Made by a program: the position numbers and the translations under genes. A DNA stretch of 63,844 bases, counting the filler, from Chiloscyllium plagiosum (lineage: Eukaryota): assembly GCF_004010195.1 (NCBI RefSeq). It is 6 parts of one record of this genome, joined end to end, with 100 filler letters (N's around TTAATTAATTAA, not from the genome) between each part and the next. Parts side by side here need not be neighbours in the genome. Positions count along the whole stretch, not along the records: positions 1 to 8,196 come from NC_057714.1; positions 8,297 to 18,502 come from NC_057714.1; 4 more parts are not named here. One strand, 5' to 3'. Shown piece after piece: positions 1 through 14,036 of this stretch (position 1 is the first letter of the stretch; the number at the start of each line of letters is the position of its first letter). The notes under the pieces were generated by a model. It was given only the letters and a program-made list of their open reading frames with translations. It was not told where the DNA came from and did not search any database.

Positions 1-3000
1 TCTGCGGTATGTCAGCCCGATCTCTGGGCGGTATGTCAGCCCGATCTCTCGGCTGTATGTCGGCCCGGTCTCTCTGCGGTATGTCAGCCGGTCTCTGTGC
101 GGTTGTCAACCCGGTTTCTCTGTGGTATGTCAACCCGGTCTCCCAACGGTATATCAGCCCGGTCTGTCTGCGGTATGTCAGCCCGATCTCTGGGCGGTAT
201 GTCAGCCCGATCTCTCGGCTGTATGTCGGCCCGGTCTCTCTGCGGTATGTCAGCCGGTCTCTGTGCGGTTGTCAACCCGGTTTCTCTGTGGTATGTCAAC
301 CCGGTCTCCCAACGGTATATCAGCCCGGTCTGTCTGCGGTATGTCAGCCCGATCTCTGGGAGGTATGTCAACCCGGCCTCTGCCGTATATTATTCCGGAC
401 TCTGGGCTGTATGTCTGCCTGGTCTCTGTGTTGTATGTCAGTCCGGTCTCTCTGCGGAATGTCACCACGGTCTCTGTGCGGTATGTCTGCCGGTCTCTGT
501 GCGGTATGTCAACCAGGTCTCTCTGCGATAAGTCAGCTCCGTCTCTCTGTGGTATGTCAGCGCGGTCTCTCAGCAGTAGGTCAGCCCGACCTCTGTGCGG
601 TATGTCAGCCTGTCTGCCTGCGGTATGCCAACCCGGCTCCTGTGGTATATCTGCCTGGTCTCTCTGCGGTATATCAGTCCAGTCTCTGGGCGGTTTGTCA
701 GCCTGGTCTCTGTGCGGCCAGTCAGCCCGGTCTCTCTGCAGTATGTCAGTCCGGTCTCTGTGCGGTATGTCAGTCTGGTCTCTGCGCGGTATGTTCGCCC
801 GGTCTCTGTGCGTTATGTCGGCCCGGTCTGTCTACAATATGTCAGTCCGGTCACTCTGTGGTATGTCAGCCCGATCTCTGGGCGGTATGTCAGCCCGGTC
901 TGTCAGCGGTATGTCAGTCCAGTCTCTCGGCAATATGTAAGGCTGGTTTCTCTGCAATATGTCAGCCCGGTCTGTCAGCGGTACATCAGCGCGGTCTCTG
1001 GGCGGTATGTCAGCCCGGTCTCTCTGCGGAATGTCAGCCCGGTCTCTCGCAGTATGTCAGCCTGCTCTTTCTGTGGTATGTCAGCTTGATCTCTCTGCGG
1101 TATGTCAGCCTGCTCTTTCTGTGGTATGTCAGCGCTGTCTCTCTGCAGTATGTCAGCGCGGTCACTCTGCGGTATGTCAGCCTGTTTTCTGTCCGGTATG
1201 TCAACCCGGTCTATCTGCGATATGTCGGTCTCTCTGCGGTATGTCCGCCCAGTCTCTCTGCGGAATGTCAGCCCCGTCTCTGGGCGGTACGTCAGCCTGG
1301 TCTCTCTGTGGTATATCAGCACGGTTTCTGGGCGGTATGTCAGCCCGATCTCTTTGCAGTATGTCAGCCCGGTCTCTCGGCTGTACGTCGGCCTGGTCTC
1401 TCTGCGGTATGTCTGCCAGGTCACTGGGCAGGAAGTTCGCCCTGTCTCTCTGCGGTATGTCAGCCCAGGCTCTCGGCAATATGTCAGCCCGGTCTCTCTG
1501 CGGTATGTCAGACAGGTCTCAGGGCAGTATGTAAGCACGGTCTTTGGACCATATGTCAGTCCAGTGTCCCTGCGCTATGTCAACCAGTCTCTCTGCTGTA
1601 TGTCAGCCCGTTCTCTCTGCGGTATGCCAGCCCAGACTCTCAGCAGTATGTCAGCCTGGTCTCTCTGTGGTATGTCAGCCCGGTCTCTCTGCGGTATGTC
1701 ACCACAGTCTCTGTGAGGTATGTCTGCCGTTCTCTGTGCGGTATGTCAACCAGGTCTCTCTGTGGTATGTCAGCGCGGTCGCTCTGCGGTATGTCAGCCT
1801 GGTTTCTGTGCGGTATGTCAACCCGGTCTCTCTGCGGTATGTCAGTTCGGTCTCTCTGCGGTAAGTCCGTCCAGTCTCTCTGCAGTATGTCAGCCCGGTC
1901 TCTCTGCAGTATGTCTGCGCCGTCTCTCCGCGGTATGTCAGTGCGGTCTCTCTGCGGTATGTCAGCCTGGTCTCTCTGCGGTATGTCAGCCCGGTCTCTC
2001 TGCAGTATGTCAGCCCAGTCTCTGGGCTGTATGTCGGCCTGGTCTCTGTGCGGTACGTCTGCCTGGTCTCTCAGCGGTATGTCAGCCCCGTCTATCAGCG
2101 GTATGTCTGCGCGGTCTCTCGGCAGTATGTCAGCCCGGTCTCTCTGCGGTATGTCGGCCCGGTCCCTGTGGGGTATGTCAGCCCGGTCTCTGGGCAATAT
2201 GTCAACCCAGTCTCCCAACAATATATCAACCCGGTCTCTCTGTGGTATGGCAGCCCGGTCTCTCTGTGGTATGTCGGCGCCGTCTCTCTGCAGTATGTCA
2301 GCCTGGTCTCTGTGCGGTATGTCAGCCTCGTCTCTCTCCGGTATGGCAGCCCGGTCACTGGGCGGTATGTCAGCCCGGTCTCTCGGCTGTATGTCAGCCC
2401 GGTCTCTCGGTGGTATGTCAGCCTGGTCTCTGTGCGGTATGTCAACCCAATCTCTCTGCAGTATGTCAGCCCGGTCTCTCTATAGTATGTCAGCCCAGTC
2501 TCTCGGTGGTATGTCAACCCGGTTTCTCTGTGGTATGTCAGCCCGGTCTCCCAACGGTATATCAGCCCGGTCTGTCTGCGGTATGTCAGCTCAATCTCTG
2601 GGCGGTATGTCAGCCTGGTCTGCCTGCGGTATGCCAGCCCAGCTCCCTGTGGTATATCTGCCCGGTCTCTCTGTGGTATGTCAGCCCGGTCTCTCTGTGG
2701 TGAGACAGCCCGGTCTCTCTGCAGTATTTCAGTCCGGCCACTGCGCGGTATTCAAATTCTGGTCCCTGGGCGGTATGTCAACCCGGTCTCTGTCCGGTAT
2801 GTCAGCCCAGTCTCTCTGCGGAATGTCAGCCTGGTCTCTCTGCGGTATGTCAGCACGGTCTCTGGGCGGTATGTCAGCCCGATCTCTCTGCAAAATGTCA
2901 GCCCGGTCTCTCGTCTGTATGTCGGCCCGGTCTCTGTGCGGTATGTCAACCCGGTCTCTCTGTGGTATGTCAGCCCGGTCTCCCAACGGAATATCAGCCC

Positions 3001-6000
3001 GGTCTGTCTGCGATATGTCAGCCTGATCTCTGGGCAGTATGTCAGCCTGGTCTGCCTGCGGTATGCCAGCCCGGCTACCTGTGGTATATCTGCCCGGTCT
3101 GTCTGTGGTATGTCAGCCCGGTCTCTCTGCAGTATGTCAGCCCGGTCTCTCGGCTGTATGTCAGCCCGGTCTCTCGGCAGTATGTCAGCCGGTCTCTGTG
3201 CGGTATGTCAACCCGGTTTCTCTGTAGTATGTCAGCCCGGTCTCGCTGCGGTGTTATTCCAGTCTCGGGGCGGCATGTCTGCCCAGTCGCTGGGCGGTAT
3301 GTCAGCCTGGCCTCTGGGCGGTATGTCAGCCCAGTCTCTCTGTGGTATGTCAGCCCGGTCTCTGCGGTATGTCTGCCCGGTCACTGGGCGGTAAGTCCGC
3401 CCTGTCTCTCTGCAGTATGTCAGTCTAGGCTCTGGGTAGTATGTCAGCCCGTTCTCTCTGTGGTATGTCAGCCTGGTCTCAGGGCAGTTTGTAAGCATGG
3501 TCTCTGGACCGTATGTCAGTCCAGTCTCTCTGCGCTATGTCAGCCCGGTCTCTGTGCGGTAAGTCAACCTGGCCTCTAAGCGGTATTTCAGCCCGGTCTC
3601 TCTGCAATATGTCAGCCAAGTCTCTCTGCGGAATGTCAACCCGGTCTCTGTGCGGTATGTCAGCCCGGTCTCTGTGCGGTATGTCAGGCAGGTCTCTGTG
3701 CGATATGTCAGCCCAGTCTCTCTGCGGAATGTCAGCCCAGTCCCTGGGCAGAACGTCAGCCTGGCCTCGCTGTGGTATGTCAGCCTGGTCTCTCTGCGGT
3801 ATGTCAGCCCGATCTCTGGGCGGTATGTCAGCCCGATCTCTCGGCTGTATGTCGGCCCGGTCTCTCTGCGGTATGTCAGCCGGTCTCTGTGCGGTTGTCA
3901 ACCCGGTTTCTCTGTGGTATGTCAACCCGGTCTCCCAACGGTATATCAGCCCGGTCTGTCTGCGGTATGTCAGCCCGATCTCTGGGAGGTATGTCAACCC
4001 GGCCTCTGCCGTATATTATTCCGGACTCTGGGCTGTATGTCTGCCTGGTCTCTGTGTTGTATGTCAGTCCGGTCTCTCTGCGGAATGTCACCACGGTCTC
4101 TGTGCGGTATGTCTGCCGGTCTCTGTGCGGTATGTCAACCAGGTCTCTCTGCGATAAGTCAGCTCGGTCTCTCTGTGGTATGTCAGCGCGGTCTCTCAGC
4201 AGTAGGTCAGCCCGACCTCTGTGCGGTATGTCAGCCTGTCTGCCTGCGGTATGCCAACCCGGCTCCTGTGGTATATCTGCCTGGTCTCTCTGCGGTATAT
4301 CAGTCCAGTCTCTGGGCGGGGTATGTCAGCCCGATCTCTGGGCGGTATGTCAGCCCGATCTCTCGGCTGTATGTCGGCCCGGTCTCTCGGCTGTATGTCA
4401 GCCCGGTCTCTCTGCGGTATGTCAGCCCAGTCTCTGTGCGGTATGTCAGCCAGTCTCTGTGCGGTATGTCAACCCGGTTTCTCTGTGGTATGTCAGCCCG
4501 GTCTCCCAACGGTATATCAGCCCGGTCTGTCTGCGGTATGTCAGCCCGATCTCTGGGCGGTATGTCAACCCGGTCTCTGCCGTATATTATTCCGGACTCT
4601 GGGCTGTATGTCTGCCTGGTCTCTGTGTTGTATGTCAGCACGGTCTCTCTGCAGTATGTCAGCCCAGTCTCTGGGTGGTATGTCAGCCTGATCTGCCTGC
4701 GGTATGCCAGCCCGGTCTCTCTGCAGTGTGTCAGTCCGGTCACTGCGCGGTATGACAGCCCGGTCACTGTGCAGTATGTCTGCCGGGTCTCTGTGCGGTA
4801 TGTCAGTTCAGTCTCTGGGAGCTGTGTCAGCCCAGTCTCTACGTTATGTTTTTCCGGTATCTGGACGGTATGTCTGCCCAGTCCCTGCGGTATGTTATTC
4901 CCGTCTCTGGGTGATATGTCTGCCCGATTGCTGGGCGGTATGTCAGCCCGATATGTCAGCGGTATGGCAGCCCAGTCTATCAGCAATATGTCAGCCGGGT
5001 CTCTCTGCGGTAAGTCAGCCCAATCTGTCAACAGTACGTCAGCCTGGTCTCTGGGCAGTTTGTCAGCCTGGTCATTCTGCAGTATGTCTCTGGACGGTAT
5101 GTCAGCCCGGTCTGTCAGTGGTACGTCAGCCTGGTCTCTGGGCAGTATGTCAGCCTGGTCATTCTGCAGTATGTCTCTGGACGGTATGTCAGCCCGGTCT
5201 GTCAGTGGTATGTCAGCCTGGTCTCTGGGCGGTATGTCAACCCGGTCCCTGCGGTATGTTATTCGGGTTGTGGGTGGTATGTCTGCCCAGTCGCTGGACG
5301 ATAAGTCAGCCCGGTCTCTCGGCGGTATGTCAGCCGGTCTCTATGCGGTATTTCAACCCGGTTTCTCTGTAGTATGTCAGCCCGGTCTCTCTGCAGTGTT
5401 ATTCCGGTCTCTGGGTGGCATGTCTGCCCGGTCGCTGGGCGGTATGTCAGCCTGGCCTCTGGGCAGTCTGTCAGCCCAGTCTCTCTGTGGTATGTCAGCC
5501 CGGTCTCTGCGGTATGTCTGCCCGGTCACTGGGCGGTAAGTCCGCCCTGTCTCTCTGCGGTACGTCAGTCTAGGCTCTTGGTAATATGTCAGCCTAGGGT
5601 CTCAGGGCAGTTTGTAAGCACGGTCTCTGGACCGTATGTCAGCCCGGTCTCTCTGCTGTATATCAACCCAGCTTCTAAGCGGTGTTTCTGCCCGGTCTCT
5701 CTGCAATATGTCAGCCTTGTCTCTCTGCGGCATGTCAACCCGGTCTCTGTGCGGTATGTCAGCCCAGTCTCTCTGCAGAATGTCAGCCCAGTCTCTGGGC
5801 GGAACGTCAGCCTGGTCTCTCTGCAGTATGTCAGCCCGGTCTCTGGGCGGTATGTCGGCCCGATTTCTCTGCAGTACGTCAGCCCGGTCTCTCGGCTGTA
5901 TGTCGGCCCGGTCTTTCTGCGGTATGTCAGCCGGTCTCTGTGCGGTATGTCAACCCGGATTCTCTGCGGTATGTCAGCCCGATCTCTGGGCGGTATGTCT

Positions 6001-7704
6001 GCCTGGGCTCTGTGTGGTATGTCATCACGGTCTCTCTGCAGTATGTCAGCCAAGTCTCTGGGCGGTATGTCAGCCTGATCTGCCTGCGGTATGCCAGCCC
6101 GGTCTCTCTGCAGTGTGTCAGTCTGGTCACTGCGCGGTACGACAGCCCGGTCTCTCTGCGGCGTGTCAGCCCGGTCTCTGTGCAGTATGTCAGTCCGGTC
6201 ACTGTGCAGTATGTCTGCCCGGTCTCTGTGCGGTATGTCAGTTCAGTCTCTGGGAGCTGTGTCAGCCCAGTCTCTACGTTATGTTTTTCCGGGATCTGGG
6301 TGGTATGTCTGCCCAGTCCCTGCGGTATGTTATTCCCGTCGCTGGGTGATATGTCTGCCCGATCGCTGGGCAGTATGTCAGCCCGATATGCCAGCCCAGT
6401 CTCTCAGCAATATGTCAGCCGGGTCTCTCTGCGGTAAGTCAGCCCGGTCCCTGCGGTATGTTATTCGGGCTGTGGGTGGTATGTCTGCCCAGTCGCTGGA
6501 CGGTAAGTCAGCCCGGTCTCTGGGCGGTATGTCAGCCTGGTCTCTCTGCGGTATGTCAACCCGGTCTCTCTGCAGTATGTTAGCCCGGTCTTTCTGTGGT
6601 ATGTCAGCGCGGTGTCTCTGCAGTATGTCAGACCAGTCTCTGGGGAGTATGTCAGCCTGGTCTCTCTGTGGTATGTCAACCCGGTCTCTCTGCAGTATGT
6701 CAGCCCAGTCTCTCTGCGGTAAGTCAGTCCGGTCTCTCTGCAGTATGTTAGCCCGGTCTTTCTGTGGGATGTCAGCGCGGTGTCTCTGCAGTATGTCAGA
6801 CCAGTCTCTGGGGAGTATGTCAGCCTGGTCTCTCTGCGGTATGTCAACCCGGTCTCTCTGCAGTATGTTATTCCGGTCTCTGGGCAGTATGTTTGCCCAT
6901 TAGCTATGCGGTAAGTCAGCCCGATCTCTCTGCAGTATGTCAGCCCGGTCTCTCTGTGGTGTGGCAGCCCAGTCTCTCTGCGGTAAGTCAGCCCGGTCTC
7001 TCTGCAGTATGTCAGCCCCGTCTCTCTGTGGTGTGGCAGCCCAGTCTCTCTGCGGTATGTCAGCTCGGTCTACCTGCACGATGTCAGCACTGTCTCTCTG
7101 CGGTAAGTCAGCCCTGTCTCTCTGCGGTATGTCAGCCCAGACTCTCGGCAGTCTGTCAGCCTGGTCTCTCTGCGGAATGTCAGCCCCGCCTCTGGGCGGT
7201 ACGTCTGCCCTGTCTCTCTGCGGTATGTCAGCCCGGTCTCTGGGCGGTATGTCAGCCCAGACTCTCGGCAGTCTGTCAGCCTGGTCTCTCTGCGGAATGT
7301 CAGCCCCGCCTCTGGGCGGTACGTCTGCCCTGTCTCTCTGCGGTATGTCAGCCCGGTCTCTGGGCGGTATGTCAGCCCGGTCTCTCTGCGGAATGTCAGC
7401 CCAGTCTCTGGGCGATATGTCAGCCCAGTCTCTCTGCGGTAAGTCAGCCCGGTCTCTCTGCAGTATGTCAGCCCCGTCTCTCTGTGGTGTGGCAGCCCAG
7501 TCTCTCTGCGGTATGTCAGCCCGGTCTCTCCGCGGTGTGTCAACCTGCTCTCTGAGGGGTATGTCAGCCCGGTCACTGGGTTGTATGTCGGCCTGCTCCC
7601 TGTGCGGTATGTCGGCCTGGTCTCTTGGCGATATGTCAACCCGGTCTCCCGACGGTATATCAGCCCGGTCTCTCTGCGGTATGTCAGCCCAGTCTCTCTG
7701 CGGT

Positions 7705-8196
7705 GATTTTTACTCTCGTGATGGAGAGGGATAAGTGTGTACTACAGGGCAAGAGTTATAGCTGGGGTCAGGGAAATTATGATGCGGTGAGGCATGACTT
7801 AGGATGTGTGGCTTGGAAAAGTAGACTCCAAGGCAAGAGTGTAAATGATATGTGGAGCTTGTTCAAGGAGCAACTATTGAGTGTCCTTGATAATTATGTA
7901 CCTGTCAGGCAGGGAGGAAAGGGTCGTGCGAGGGAGCCGTGGTTTAATAAGGAATTGGAATCCCTTGTTAAATGGAAGAGGGCGGCCTATCTCAAGATGA
8001 GACGTGAAGGTTCAATTGGGGCGATTGAGAGTTATAGGGTAGCCAGGAAGGACCTGAAGAGAGAGCTAAGAGCAGCAAGGAGGGGACATGAAAGGTCCTT
8101 AGTAGATAGGATTAGGGAAAACCCTAAGGCTTTCTATAGGTATGTTAGGAATAAAAGAATGACTAGGGTAGGAATAGGACCAGCCAAGGATAGTAG
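7705..8196 (+). mobile_element. 5'-truncated CR1-type LINE ORF2 fragment (between endonuclease and RT) inserted in the satellite; runs into a gap
   Basis: Open frame ...MWSLFKEQLL..LDNYVPVR..REPWFNK...IRENPKAFYRYVRNKRMTRVGIGP, typical of the CR1 ORF2 linker region. Confidence 0.9.
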
Positions 8197-8296
8197 NNNN
8201 NNNNNNNNNNNNNNNNNNNNNNNNNNNNNNNNNNNNNNNNTTAATTAATTAANNNNNNNNNNNNNNNNNNNNNNNNNNNNNNNNNNNNNNNNNNNN
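8197..8296. other. Artificial 100-bp scaffold spacer N44-TTAATTAATTAA-N44 (also 18503-18602, 39239-39338, 51675-51774, 57783-57882). Plain N-gaps at 11416-11466, 14264-14644, 16100-16599, 36151-36373
   Basis: Identical structure five times; the 12-mer has stop codons in all six frames. Confidence 0.95.
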
Positions 8297-10939
8297 GTAT
8301 GTCAGTTCAGTCTCTGGGAGTTGTGTCAGCCCAGTCTCTACGTTATGTTTTTCCGGTATCTGGGTGGTATGTCTGCCCAGTCCCTGCGGTATGTTATTCC
8401 CATCTCTGGGTGATATGTCTGCCCGATCGCTGGGCGGTATGTCAGCCCGATATGTCAGCGGTATGTCAGCCCAGTCTCTCAGCAATATGTCAGCCGGGTC
8501 TCTCTGCGGTAAGTCAGCCCAGTCTGTCAACAGTACGTCAGCCTGGTCTCTGGGCAGTATGTCAGCCTGGTCATTCTGCGGTATGTCAGGCTGGTCTCAG
8601 GACGGTATGTCAGCCCAGTCTGTCAGTGGTATGTCAGCCTGGTCTCTGGGCAATATGTCAGCCTGGTCATTCTGCGGTATGTCAGGCCGGTCTCTGGACG
8701 GTATGTCAGCCCAGTCTGTCAGTGGTATGTCAGCCTGGTCTCTGGGCGGTATGTCAACCCTGCGGTATGTTATTCGGGCTGTGGGTGGTATGTCTGCCCA
8801 GTCGCTGGACGGTAAGTCAGCCCGGTCTCTCTGCGGTAAGTCAGTCCGGTCTTTCTGCAGTATGTCAGCCCGGTCTTTCTGTGGTATGTCAGCGCGGTGT
8901 CTCTGCAGTATGTCAGACCAGTCTCTGGGGAGTATGTCAGCTTGGTCTCTCTGCGGTATGTCAACCCGGTCTCTCTGCAGTATGTCAGCCCAGTCTCTCT
9001 GCGGTAAGTCAGTCCGGTCCTTCTGCCGTATGTCAGCCCGGTCTTTCTGTGGTATGTCAGCGCGGTGTCTCTGCAGTATGTCAGACCAGTCTCTGGGGAG
9101 TATGTCAGCTTGGTCTCTCTGCGGTATGTCAACCCGGTCTCTCTGCAGTATGTTATTCCGGTCTCTGGGCAGTATGTCTGCCCGTTAGCTGTGCGGTAAG
9201 TCAGCCCGATCACTCTGCAATATTTCTGCCCAGTCTCTCTGCGGTAAGTCAGCCCGATCTCTCTGCAATATGTCAGCCCAGTCTCTCTGCGGTAAGTCAG
9301 TCCGGTCTCTCTGCAGTAAGTCAGCCCGGTCTTTCTGTGGTATGTCAGTGCGGTGTCTCTGCAGTATGTCAGACCAGACTCTGGGGAGTATGTCAGCCTG
9401 GTCTCTCTGTGGCATGTCAGCCCGGTCTCTCTGTGGTATGTCAGCCCGGTCACTGGGCTTTATATCAGTCCGGTCTCTGGGCAGTAAGTCAGCCCGGTCT
9501 CTCTGCGGTAAGTCAGCCCGGTCTCTCTGTGGTGTGGCAGCCCAGTCTCTCTGCGGTATGTCAGCTCGGTCTCTCTGCAGTATGTCAGCCCAGTCTCTCT
9601 GCGGTATGTCAACCCGGTCTCTCTGCGGTAATTCAGCCCGGTCTCTCTTGGTATGTCAGTCTGGTCTCTCTGCGTATGTCAGCCCGGCCTCTGTGCGGTA
9701 CGTCAGACCGGTCTGTGTGCGGTATGTCAGCCCGGTTTCTCAGCGGTATGTCAGCCCGGTCTGTGTGCGGTATGTCAGCCCAGTCTGTGTGCGGTATGTC
9801 AGCCCGGTTTCTGTGCGCTATGTCAGCCCGGCCTCTGTGCGGTATGTCAGCCCGGTCTGTGTGCGGTAGGTCAGCCTGATCTCTCTGCGGTATGTAAGCC
9901 TGGTCTCTCTGCGGTAATTCAGCCCGGTCTCTGGGCGGTATGTCAGCCCAGTCTCTGGGCGGTATGTCAGCCTGGTCTCTGTGCGGTATGTCAGCCCGGT
10001 CTCTCTGGGTATGTCAGTCCAGTCTCTGCGCGGTATGTCAGCCCGGTCTCTCTGCAGGATGTCAGCCCGGTCTCTCTGGGTATGTCAGTCCGGTCTCTCT
10101 GCAGTATGTCAGCCTGGTCTCTGAGTGGTCTGTCTTCCCGGTCGCTGGGCGGTATGTCAGCCCAGTCTCTGTGCGGAATGTCACCCCGGTCTCTGTGCAG
10201 TATATCTGCCCGGTCTCTGTGCGGTATGTCAGCCCGGTCTCTCTGCAGTATGTCAGCCCGGTCTCTCTGGATATGTCAACTCTGGGTGGTATGTCAGCCC
10301 GGTCTCTCTGTGGTATATCTGCCGCGACTCTCTGAGGTGTGTTAGTCCGGTCACTGCACGGTATGTCAGCCCAATCTCTCTGCGGTAAGTCCACCCAGTC
10401 TCTCCGTGGTATGTCAGCCCGGTAGTCCACCCAGTCTCTCCGTGGTATGTCAGCCCGGTCTCTCTGCGGTAAGTCCACCCAGTCTCTCAGCAGTTTGTCA
10501 GCCCGGTCTCTGCGTTACGTCAGTCTGGTCTCTGTGCGGTATGTCTGCCCAGTCACTGGGCGGTAAATCAGCCCGGTCTCTCTGCACTATGTCAGCACGG
10601 TCTCTCTGGGGTATGTCAGCCCGGTCACTGGGCAGTATGTCAGCCTAATCTCTCTGCAGTATGTCAGCCCGGTCTCTGGGCTGTATGTCAGCCCGGTCTC
10701 TGTGCAGTATGTCAGCCTGGTCATTCTGCGGTATGTCAGGCCGGTCTTTGGACGGTATGTCAGCCCGGTCTGTCTGTGGTATGTCAGCCTGGTCATTCTG
10801 CGGTATGTCAGGCCGGTACCTGTGCGGTATGTCAGCCCGGTCTCTGGGCTGTATGTTAGCCTGGTCTGCCTGCGGTATGCCAGCCCGGCTCCCTGTGGTA
10901 TATCTGCCTGGTCTCTCGGCTGTATGTCGGCCCGGTCTC

Positions 10940-11415
10940 TCTGCAGTATGTCAGCCTGGTCTGTGCAGTATGTCAACCCGGTCTCTCTGCGGTATGTCAG
11001 CCTGGTCTGTGCAGTATGTCAACCCGGTCTCTCTGCGGTATGTCAGCCTGGTCTGTGCAGTATGTCAACCCGGTCTCTCTGCGGTATGTCAGCCTGGTCT
11101 GTGCAGTATGTCAACCCGGTCTCTCTGCGGTATGTCAGCCTGGTCTGTGCAGTATGTCAACCCGGTCTCTCTGCGGTATGTCAGCCTGGTCTGTGCAGTA
11201 TGTCAACCCGGTCTCTCTGCGGTATGTCAGCCTGGTCTGTGCAGTATGTCAACCCGGTCTCTCTGCGGTATGTCAGCCTGGTCTGTGCAGTATGTCAACC
11301 CGGTCTCTCTGCGGTATGTCAGCCTGGTCTGTGCAGTATGTCAACCCGGTCTCTCTGCGGTATGTCAGCCTGGTCTGTGCAGTATGTCAACCCGGTCTCT
11401 CTGCGGTATGTCAGC
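10940..11415. repeat. Near-perfect 46-bp (24+22) dimer sub-array of the satellite, about 10 copies
   Basis: GCAGTATGTCAACCCGGTCTCTCTGCGGTATGTCAGCCTGGTCTGT repeated essentially unchanged up to the gap at 11416. Confidence 0.9.
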
Positions 11416-13907
11416 NNNNNNNNNNNNNNNNNNNNNNNNNNNNNNNNNNNNNNNNNNNNNNNNNNNGCGGTATGTCAGCCCGGTCTCTGTGCGGTATGTC
11501 ATTTCAGTCTCTGGGTGGTATGTCAGTACGGTCTCTGTGCGGTATGTCAGCCCAGTCTCTCTGCGGTATATCAGTTCGGTCTCTGGGCGGTATGTCTGCC
11601 CGCTCTCTGCGGTATGTTATTCCTGTCTCTGGGTGGTCTGTCAGCCCGGTCGCTGGGCGGTATGTCAGCTCAGTCTCTCTGCAATATGTCAGCCCGGTCT
11701 CTCTGCGGTAAGTCAGCCCAGTCTGTCAGCGGTCTGTCAGTCCAGTCTCTCAGCAATATAACACTCCGGTCTCTCAGCAATATGTCAGCCCCGTCTGTCA
11801 GCGGTACATCAGCCCGGTCTCTCAGCAGTATATCAGCCCGGTTTCTCTGCGGCATGTCAGCCCGGTCTCTGTGCGGTATGTCAGCCCGGTCTCTGTGCGG
11901 TATGTCAGCCCGGTCTCTGTGCGGTATGTCAACCCGTTCTGTGTGCGATATGTCAGTCCGGTCACTGTGCAGTATGTTGGCCCGGTCTCTGTGCGGTCTG
12001 TCGGCCCGGTCTCTCTGCGGAATGTCAGTCCGGTCTCTCTGTGGTAAGTCAGCCTGGTTCTCTGCGGTATGTCAGCCCGGTCTCTGGGCGGTATGTCAGC
12101 CTGGTCTCTCTGTGGAATGTCAGCCCGGTCTCTCTGCGGTATGTCAGCCCGGTCTCTCTGCGGAATGTCAGGCCGGTCTCTGGGGGGTATGTCAGTCTGT
12201 TCTCCCTGAGGTATATCTGCCCGGTCTATCTGCGGTGTGTCAGTCCAGTCTCTCTGCGGTATGTCAGTCCAGTCACTGTGCGGTATGTCAACCCGGTCTC
12301 TCTGTGGTATGTCAGCCCGGTCTTCCAACGGAATATCAGCCCGGTCTGTCTGCGATATGTCAGCCCGATCTCTGGGCAGTATGTCAGCCTGGTCTGCCTG
12401 CGGTATGCCAGCCCGGCTCCCTGTGGTATATCTGCCCGGTCTGTCTGTGGTATGTCAGCCCGGTCTCTCTGTGGTGAGACAGTCCAGTCTCTCTGCAGTA
12501 TGTCAGTCCGGTCTCTCGGCTGGATGTCGGCCCGGTCTCTCGGCGGTATGTCAGCCAGTCTCTGTGCGGTATGTAAACCCGGTTTCTCTGTAGTATGTCA
12601 GCCCGGTCTCTCTGCGGTGTTATTCCGGTCTCTGGGCGGCATGTCTGCCCAGTCGCTGGGCGGTATGTCAGCCTGGCCTCTTGGCGGTATGTCAGCCCAG
12701 TCTCTCTGCTGTATGTCAGCCCGGTCTCTGCGGTATGTCTGCCCGGTCACTGGGCGGTAAGTCCGCCCTGTCTCTCTGCAGTATGTCAGCCCGGTCTCTC
12801 TGTGGTATGTCAGCCTGGTCTCAGGGTAGTTAGTAAGCACGGTCTCTGGACCGTATGTCAGTCCAGTCTCTCTGCGCTATGTCAGCCCGGGTCTCTGTGC
12901 GGTATGGCAATCCGGTCTCTGTGCGATATGTCAGCCCGGTCTCTGTGCAGTATGTCAGCCCGGTCTCTGTGCAGTATGTCAGCCCGGTCTCTCTGCGATA
13001 TGCCAGCTTGGTCTCACGACGATATATCAGCCCGGTTTGTCTGCGGTATGTCAGCCCGGTCCCTGTGCGGTATGTCAGCCCGGTCTCTGGGCAGTATGTT
13101 AGCCTGGTCTGCCTGCGGTATGCCAGCCCAACTCCCTGTGGTATATCTGCCTGGTCTCTCGGCTGTATGTCGGCCCGGTCTCTCTGCGGTATGTCAGCCC
13201 GGTCTCTGGGCGGTACGTCAGCCTGATCTGCCTGCGGTATGCCAGCCCGGGCTCTCTGGGTGTGTCAGCCCAGTCTCTCTGGGTATGTCAGTCCAGTCTC
13301 TGCGTTATGTCAGTCTGGTCTCTGTGCCGTATGTCTGCCCAGTCACTGGGCGGTATGTCAGCCTGGTCTCACTGCGGTATGTCAGCCTGGTCTCTCTGCG
13401 GTATGTCAGCCCAGTCTCTGGTCGGTATGTCAGCCTGGTCTCTCAGCAGTATGTCAGCCCGGTCTTGTGCGGTATGTCAACCCAGTCTCTCTGCGGTATG
13501 GCAGCCCGGTCTCTCTGGGTGTGTCAGCCCAGTCTCTCTGGGTATGTCAGTCCAGTCTCTGCGCGGTATGTCAGCCCAGTCTCTCTGCAGAATGTCAGCC
13601 CGGTCTCTCTGTGGTATGTCAGCCTGGTTCTCTGCGGTATGTCAGCCCGGTCTCTGGGCGGTATGTCTGCCTGGTCTCTCTGTGGAATGTCAGCCCGGTC
13701 TCTCTGCGGTGTGTCAGTCCAGTCTCTCTGCGGTATGTCAGTCCAGTCACTTTGCGGTATGTCAGCCCGGTCTCTTGCGGCGTGTCAGTCTGGTCTCTCT
13801 GCGGTATGTCAGTCCAGTCACTGTGCGGTATGTCAGCCCGGTCTCTTGCGGTGTGTCAGTCCGGTCTCACTGCGGTATGTCAGTCCGGTCACTGCGCGGT
13901 ATGTCAG

Positions 13908-14036
13908 AATCATTGGTGACCTTTAAGCGGCAATTGGATAGGTACATGCTTAAACTAGGACAAATGTTCAGCACAACATGGTGGGCCGATGGGCCTGTTC
14001 TGTGCCGTATTGTTCTATGTTCTATCTATGTTCTAT
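13908..14036 (+). mobile_element. CR1 3'-end fragment (~130 bp) in the satellite
   Basis: Translates as TFKRQLDRYM (ORF2 C-terminus), then GGGCCGATGGGCCTGTTCTGTG and a (TTCTATG)n-type tail. Confidence 0.85.

Noticed and set aside
8241..8252. Recurring TTAATTAATTAA palindrome as a biological site (e.g. piggyBac TTAA target)
   Set aside because: Always centred in N44-12-N44; it is an assembly spacer with six-frame stops.
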